Source: Promethearchaeota archaeon (GTDB lineage: Archaea > Asgardarchaeota > Hermodarchaeia > Hermodarchaeales > Hermodarchaeaceae). From it: a stretch of DNA of 19,992 bases. The stretch is taken from the NCBI GenBank assembly GCA_048938385.1, contig JBHLMG010000028.1, positions 6,682-26,673 of the forward strand, given 5' to 3'. The position numbers and the translations under genes are program-made. The notes under the pieces were generated by a model, which saw nothing but the letters and a program-made list of their open reading frames with translations, was not told the DNA's origin and did no database searches. Every line of letters begins with the position of its first letter. The first letter of the stretch is position 1. This document shows, in pieces, positions 15,738 through 19,992 of this stretch.

Positions 15738-16940
15738 TTAGAGGCCTTCATGCAGGTATTTGAGTAACTGCGTTTTATTCATCTTAGCGATTCCTAGATC
15801 CTTGAGGGTGACGCCAGTTTGGAAGAAGTCGATTTTCGTCATGACGGAGGCGAGTGTAATGAATGATTCGATAATTGGTGTCTGGACACCGAACTTTTTG
15901 CCTAGTTCGTAGAAGATGTGACATCCCACGGGTACATCTTCGGTGATGTACCTATTGTGAATGGTATAGGGTCCTGTGGCTTTGAGGAGATGGAATTGTT
16001 CAGTAAAGGGTACGACCACATCGGGGCCCATAAATTCTGCGCCCAGTATGTTTGTTCGTGAAAAGAAGTCCTGTTTGTCAAAGGGTTGAATCCCTACTCC
16101 AATGGCTTCTGCGATTTGGCGTTCCTCTTGGTAGAAGGCGTATTGGATTTCTGAGATTGATGGGCAGTAAGCGTGGGAGTATATTGAGAAATCGTATTTG
16201 TCGTGTCCAAAGATTATGCCCCAGTTTTCCATGACGCCTACACCGAGAATGGTGCCTGGGACATGGAGCATGGGATTGACGTTGCTCAGTCCGATATCGA
16301 TGACGGTGTCGCCTTCAACCGGATTGACAACCGAATCTAAGGGGGGAAAATACTGTGCGGATTCCAAAAAGGCGGATTGGTCTGTAGAGGGAAGAGTGGC
16401 ACCCCGTAGTGTGATTGCCCGATACAGAAGATTCAGTTCTGGGAGTTTCACGCCCCCTTCAGTTTTAATGCGAACACCGTAGGGTTGGCTGGACCATTCG
16501 CCGATGATGACCTTTTTGTCACAGCCCAACTCGTGCATCATCTTTCGTAATAACAGAGATCCAAAATTTCCTGTACAGAAGTGAATGATCATGCCATCTT
16601 CTAAATGTGGGATTAGCTTTTCAAAAAATGCTTTGAATCCAATAGCCGGAATACTTACGGAAATAATTCCAGCGCCTTCAACCGCTTCCTTCATATCGGT
16701 GGTAATCGTATCAATTTTAGCGAGACCGTCTCGCTTGAAGCCATATAGGTTTACTTGCGGTCCTGAAAGCCGTAGTTCTCGGGTCTTGATAATTTTTCCT
16801 AATTCCTTGGCAAATTCAGGTAACTCGTATAGCCGAACTTCGCGTTTGGCTAGCGCACAATCGGCGGCTTGACATCGTCCTGTGGTGCCTCCTCCAAGAA
16901 TTGCAATAGGTTTATCTTTCAAGTGTTTCATGTTGGTCAT
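15738..16940 (-). CDS. NAD/NADP octopine/nopaline (opine) dehydrogenase family protein
   Basis: Rossmann IAILGGGTTG, GNFGS, LSNVNPMLHVPG and NRYITEDVPVG…FGVQTP. Confidence 0.9.
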   Translation of the reverse strand: MTNMKHLKDKPIAILGGGTTGRCQAADCALAKREVRLYELPEFAKELGKIIKTRELRLSGPQVNLYGFKRDGLAKIDTITTDMKEAVEGAGIISVSIPAIGFKAFFEKLIPHLEDGMIIHFCTGNFGSLLLRKMMHELGCDKKVIIGEWSSQPYGVRIKTEGGVKLPELNLLYRAITLRGATLPSTDQSAFLESAQYFPPLDSVVNPVEGDTVIDIGLSNVNPMLHVPGTILGVGVMENWGIIFGHDKYDFSIYSHAYCPSISEIQYAFYQEERQIAEAIGVGIQPFDKQDFFSRTNILGAEFMGPDVVVPFTEQFHLLKATGPYTIHNRYITEDVPVGCHIFYELGKKFGVQTPIIESFITLASVMTKIDFFQTGVTLKDLGIAKMNKTQLLKYLHEGL

Positions 16941-17010
16941 ATGGCATCACTGCATACAATGGTTTTGATAAACAAAAAAGGTAAGCATTCATTCACATAA
17001 GATATTAAAA

Positions 17011-18297
17011 TCATAATGCGAGGTAATGGACTAGTTGTTTTGTCATGTTGAGTAGGTCATTGATTCGGACCCATTCGTCGGGTTGGTGGGCAGAAATATT
17101 GTCTAATGTTGCTGCTCCAACTCCGATGAATTTGTCTGTGTTTAGTGCGTGAGCGACAAAGCCCATGTCGGTGGAGCCGGAAGCACCGCCATAAACAAAG
17201 TCACTATCTTGGTAGCCATGAACGGCTTTCAACGCGGCTCGCATTTTCTGTGAATATCGGTTTTCTGTGTCAGCTTTAAAGGGATAGTTAGCATGCGTAA
17301 ATGTAATTTCAACATCTATGGCTTTACTGTTGGCTTTTCCTCGTTCAATGGCGGCACGAATCTCTTCGACGATATCTTCATAGTGTTCTTCGGGTATGTA
17401 CCGTCGATTAATGAGTAATTCACATTCTGAGGGGACAATATTGGCTTTGTTGCCTCCGCGTATAATGGCAAGGCTAAACATCGGTGTCATCTGATCTGAC
17501 GGGGCTCCCAGACTTCGTAGCGCCGGAATGAGCGGAACCTTGGATTCTCGTTTTTCTACTTCTTTTTTAAGTTTGAGCAATTCGACGATGAGAGGCATCA
17601 TCTCTTCTACTGCATTTATCCCAAGAAAGTTCATCCCAGAGTGGCAACTTCGTCCTTTAGTGCGAATGGCAATATCGACCATGCCCGCTATACCCGCCAT
17701 GATAATTGGGAGCTGGGTGCCAAGTTCGGTATTAAGAATGTGTCCTTTCACATAACCTTCTTTGGCTAAGTGATAGATGCCTGGATAAATCCCAATTTCT
17801 TCATCAGTGCAGAGGGTACAGATGATATTGAAGTGGGGTGTAAGGTTGAGTTCATTCATGACCTCTAGGGCCACGAGCATGCCAGCGATACCTGATTTCA
17901 TATCACAGGCGCCTCGACCATACAGCTTGCCATTTTCAACAATACCGGCAAAGGGATCCTTTGTCCAAGGCTCTTCAATGGGTACGACATCCATGTGGGC
18001 ATAGATGGTGACCGCTTCTTTTTTTCCATGTTCGCGAGTGGCAACAAGATTGATACGGGGGCCTTCAAGCGGATAGGGAATTGCTTTGATATGTTCATCC
18101 GGAACAATTACCCGTTCAGTAGTAAAGCCGAGGTTCTCGAATTGCGGCTCCAAGAAGTCGACTAGGTCTGCATAATTGTTACCTGGGGGGACAACCGTGG
18201 GAATCTTAATTAATTCTTGTAAGAGGTTGATAATCCGATCACGTTTTTGTTCAACCGCCTTAAACACATGTTCCACAGAGGGCTGTTTAGCACTCAT
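17011..18297 (-). CDS. M20 family metallo-amidohydrolase (ArgE/DapE-like)
   Basis: AHMDVVP, LYGRGACDMKSG, TDEE, GRSCHSG, GGNKANIVP, GSTDM and AHQPDE. Confidence 0.92.
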   Translation of the reverse strand: MSAKQPSVEHVFKAVEQKRDRIINLLQELIKIPTVVPPGNNYADLVDFLEPQFENLGFTTERVIVPDEHIKAIPYPLEGPRINLVATREHGKKEAVTIYAHMDVVPIEEPWTKDPFAGIVENGKLYGRGACDMKSGIAGMLVALEVMNELNLTPHFNIICTLCTDEEIGIYPGIYHLAKEGYVKGHILNTELGTQLPIIMAGIAGMVDIAIRTKGRSCHSGMNFLGINAVEEMMPLIVELLKLKKEVEKRESKVPLIPALRSLGAPSDQMTPMFSLAIIRGGNKANIVPSECELLINRRYIPEEHYEDIVEEIRAAIERGKANSKAIDVEITFTHANYPFKADTENRYSQKMRAALKAVHGYQDSDFVYGGASGSTDMGFVAHALNTDKFIGVGAATLDNISAHQPDEWVRINDLLNMTKQLVHYLAL

Positions 18298-18420
18298 GAT
18301 AAAAATCGCCTCCGGCTGAAAGTGGTTCGCTAAGTCTTATAAGCTGACCTCATCAAGGAAGAATAGACTCTTCCTCCTCTGACCCCCACAAAGGGAATGG
18401 GGGGCTTCTCGAGGCTTTAG

Positions 18421-18429
18421 ATATATATA
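18421..18429. promoter_or_regulatory. ATATATATA TATA-like element in the divergent M20/MFS intergenic region
   Basis: Near-symmetric gctttagATATATATAgagc between two divergently transcribed genes. Confidence 0.35.
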
Positions 18430-18529
18430 GAGCATCGAATCATAGCTGCTATGAATTTGGTTCGATGGGCTGTGGTCTGTCTTTTTTAAGATTCACAACT
18501 AGTCATACCGGTTTGTGGAGCGTGTTGTG

Positions 18530-19762
18530 ATGGGTGAATATAGTGATGAATCGTGGCGTAATTGGTGGTTAGCGCCTTTTGGGATATTCTACTTTGGACA
18601 GGGATATGCCTTGTCAGCCCTGGGTCTGTTCATGCCCATATACTTGGTTACTGTGCTAGGAGTTCCATTTGAAATTACGGGCTTAGCCTTAGCCGTGATT
18701 GGGATTCCATGGATGCTGAAAATCATCTTTGGTGCCATCAGCGATTCGTTAGCGTGGGGTCGGTTTGGACGGCGGCGTCCCTATATCATTTTAATGGCGT
18801 TGCTGGCGGCAATCGGGTGGGCATTAATTCCTTTCTTTCCAGAATTTAACATTGTATTTGTCGCTACACTCTTCATAGTTGCCTTAGCAACAGCATTTGC
18901 TGATACCACTATTGATGGATTTGCGGTGGATATTACCCCTTCTGATCGGCGGGGAACCTTACAGGGTATGATGTGGGGGGGAAGAGCAGCTGGATCCATT
19001 TTAGGAGCCCTAGCAACCGGCATTATCGCTCAAGCCATTGGATGGCCCATCGTTTTCTATCTTGGAGCTATAATTTTATTAGTGATGACAGGAGTTTGCG
19101 CTTTTCTTAAAGAACCTGCCAAACCATCAGGGCGTAAGATGTGGAGTGCACTCAAGACCGGTTTCTCGTCAAAAGGTGTTTGGCTCTCCCTATTATTTAC
19201 GCCGATTTTAACAATGAGTTTCGTATTTTATTTCCAATGGGGAGGGTTATTCATCGAAGAAACTGTGGCTTTAAGCTTATTAGAGGTTGGTCTGGTTCTT
19301 GCCCTCATGAACACTGGAGCCGCCATCACCGGATTCTTTGGAGGACCCCTTGCAGACAAAATTGGGCTCCGACGTGCCGTGGCTGGGCTGGTGCTGGTTC
19401 AAATTATTGGGCTAGTCGCATTACTGTTTGTTCAACCAGGGAACCTCTATCTGGCTCTTGTGATTATGTTCATTCATGGTCTATGTTGGGGTCTGGCGAA
19501 TATTGCTTGGCTTTCCCTTGCCATGGCTTCATGTCCCCGAGAAGTGGGGGGGACATTCTTCTCGATCTTTGCCATGATCTTTAATATCGGATCTATGCTT
19601 GCAGTGGTTCTAAGCATTTTCATTAAACCAGCCTTCGGATGGCCCGGTTTTATCCTTACCCTCATTGTTCTAACCTTAATTAGCGAATTCATCGGAATTT
19701 TGGCAGCTTCACAAGTCAAACAAGCGACCGCCATCAAAACTCCACCTCTTGAAATGACTTAG
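18530..19762 (+). CDS. MFS transporter (AmpG/BT1-like)
   Basis: About 12 TM; PWMLKIIFGAISD…GRRRPY, DTTIDG and GGPLADKIGLRR. ATG 18530 chosen; in-frame GTG 18515 is an alternative. Confidence 0.9.
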   Translation: MGEYSDESWRNWWLAPFGIFYFGQGYALSALGLFMPIYLVTVLGVPFEITGLALAVIGIPWMLKIIFGAISDSLAWGRFGRRRPYIILMALLAAIGWALIPFFPEFNIVFVATLFIVALATAFADTTIDGFAVDITPSDRRGTLQGMMWGGRAAGSILGALATGIIAQAIGWPIVFYLGAIILLVMTGVCAFLKEPAKPSGRKMWSALKTGFSSKGVWLSLLFTPILTMSFVFYFQWGGLFIEETVALSLLEVGLVLALMNTGAAITGFFGGPLADKIGLRRAVAGLVLVQIIGLVALLFVQPGNLYLALVIMFIHGLCWGLANIAWLSLAMASCPREVGGTFFSIFAMIFNIGSMLAVVLSIFIKPAFGWPGFILTLIVLTLISEFIGILAASQVKQATAIKTPPLEMT

Positions 19763-19843
19763 ACACACACAATCATCATCTCACCTGTTGAAGTTACGAA
19801 ATTCAATTAGAGATGAAGCAGAAGCTAAACCAGGATAGGAGGC

Positions 19844-19905
19844 AGAGATTTTTTTTAAATCAAGTGGACTCACAATATATGGCAATTATCGAAAAGATAG
19901 CCTAA
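19844..19905 (+). pseudogene. Remnant copy of the 3' end of the gene ending at position 64
   Basis: QYMAIIEKIA* vs QYIAIIEKIA*; 27/33 nt identical over 19873-19905 vs 32-64. Upstream RDF/LNQVDS aligns to REFIDSDNA if a 2-nt slip in the T8 run (19849-19856) is removed. Confidence 0.6.
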
Positions 19906-19962
19906 GACCCTCATTTTTCATTCCACAACTCCCTTTTTTGCTGCAAGCCGTTTCTTCTGTCA

Positions 19963-19992
19963 TTATTTGCTTCTCGGTTGAAGTTCGAAGAC
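19963..19992 (-). CDS. Possible 3' end of a gene entering from the right (…VFELQPRSK*)
   Basis: Nine open codons ending in TAA followed by TGA; too short to assign. Confidence 0.25.
   Translation of the reverse strand, partial: VFELQPRSK

Noticed and set aside
253-19737. Numerous short antisense or alternate-frame ORFs (e.g. 2925-3329, 11023-11514, 11107-11499, 19141-19584)
   Set aside because: They overlap well-supported genes and lack motifs; shadow ORFs.
19813-19905. 30-aa ORF MKQKLNQDRRQRFFLNQVDSQYMAIIEKIA as a functional gene
   Set aside because: Better explained as a frameshifted remnant of the gene ending at 64; no clear RBS.
1-19992. CRISPR array, tRNA/rRNA, transposase or integrase
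   Set aside because: No spaced repeat array, cloverleaf or recombinase motifs recognised; the anti-SD-like 11-mer at 12339-12349 is an RBS, not rRNA.

Overview
Archaeal-type window: GGAGGTGA-like ribosome-binding sites, several TTG starts and a gene set suggestive of an Asgard archaeon (inference, not proven). The left third is a minus-strand redox cluster: a winged-HTH–HdrA–MvhD triple fusion, an MvhG-like small subunit, a divergent group-3 [NiFe] large subunit, an MtdB-type methylene-H4MPT dehydrogenase fused to a ~250-aa TraB/ChaN-like N-terminal domain, and a ModA-like protein with no signal peptide. No hdrBC lies in the window. The rest holds a tandem RanBP2-type zinc-finger gene, a CDF–NifX fusion transporter, a membrane protein, an ArsB/NhaD-type permease, a Zn-ribbon protein, a wHTH regulator that seems to start at ATT, a two-domain retropepsin, an atypical nucleotidyltransferase, an opine dehydrogenase with an M20 hydrolase, and an MFS transporter. 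The ~19.8 kb block is bracketed by two diverged direct copies of one gene 3' end (…QY[I/M]AIIEKIA*). A possible C-x-x-U-x-x-C readthrough ORF lies at 8041-8259. No rRNA, tRNA, CRISPR array, transposase or integrase was recognised.
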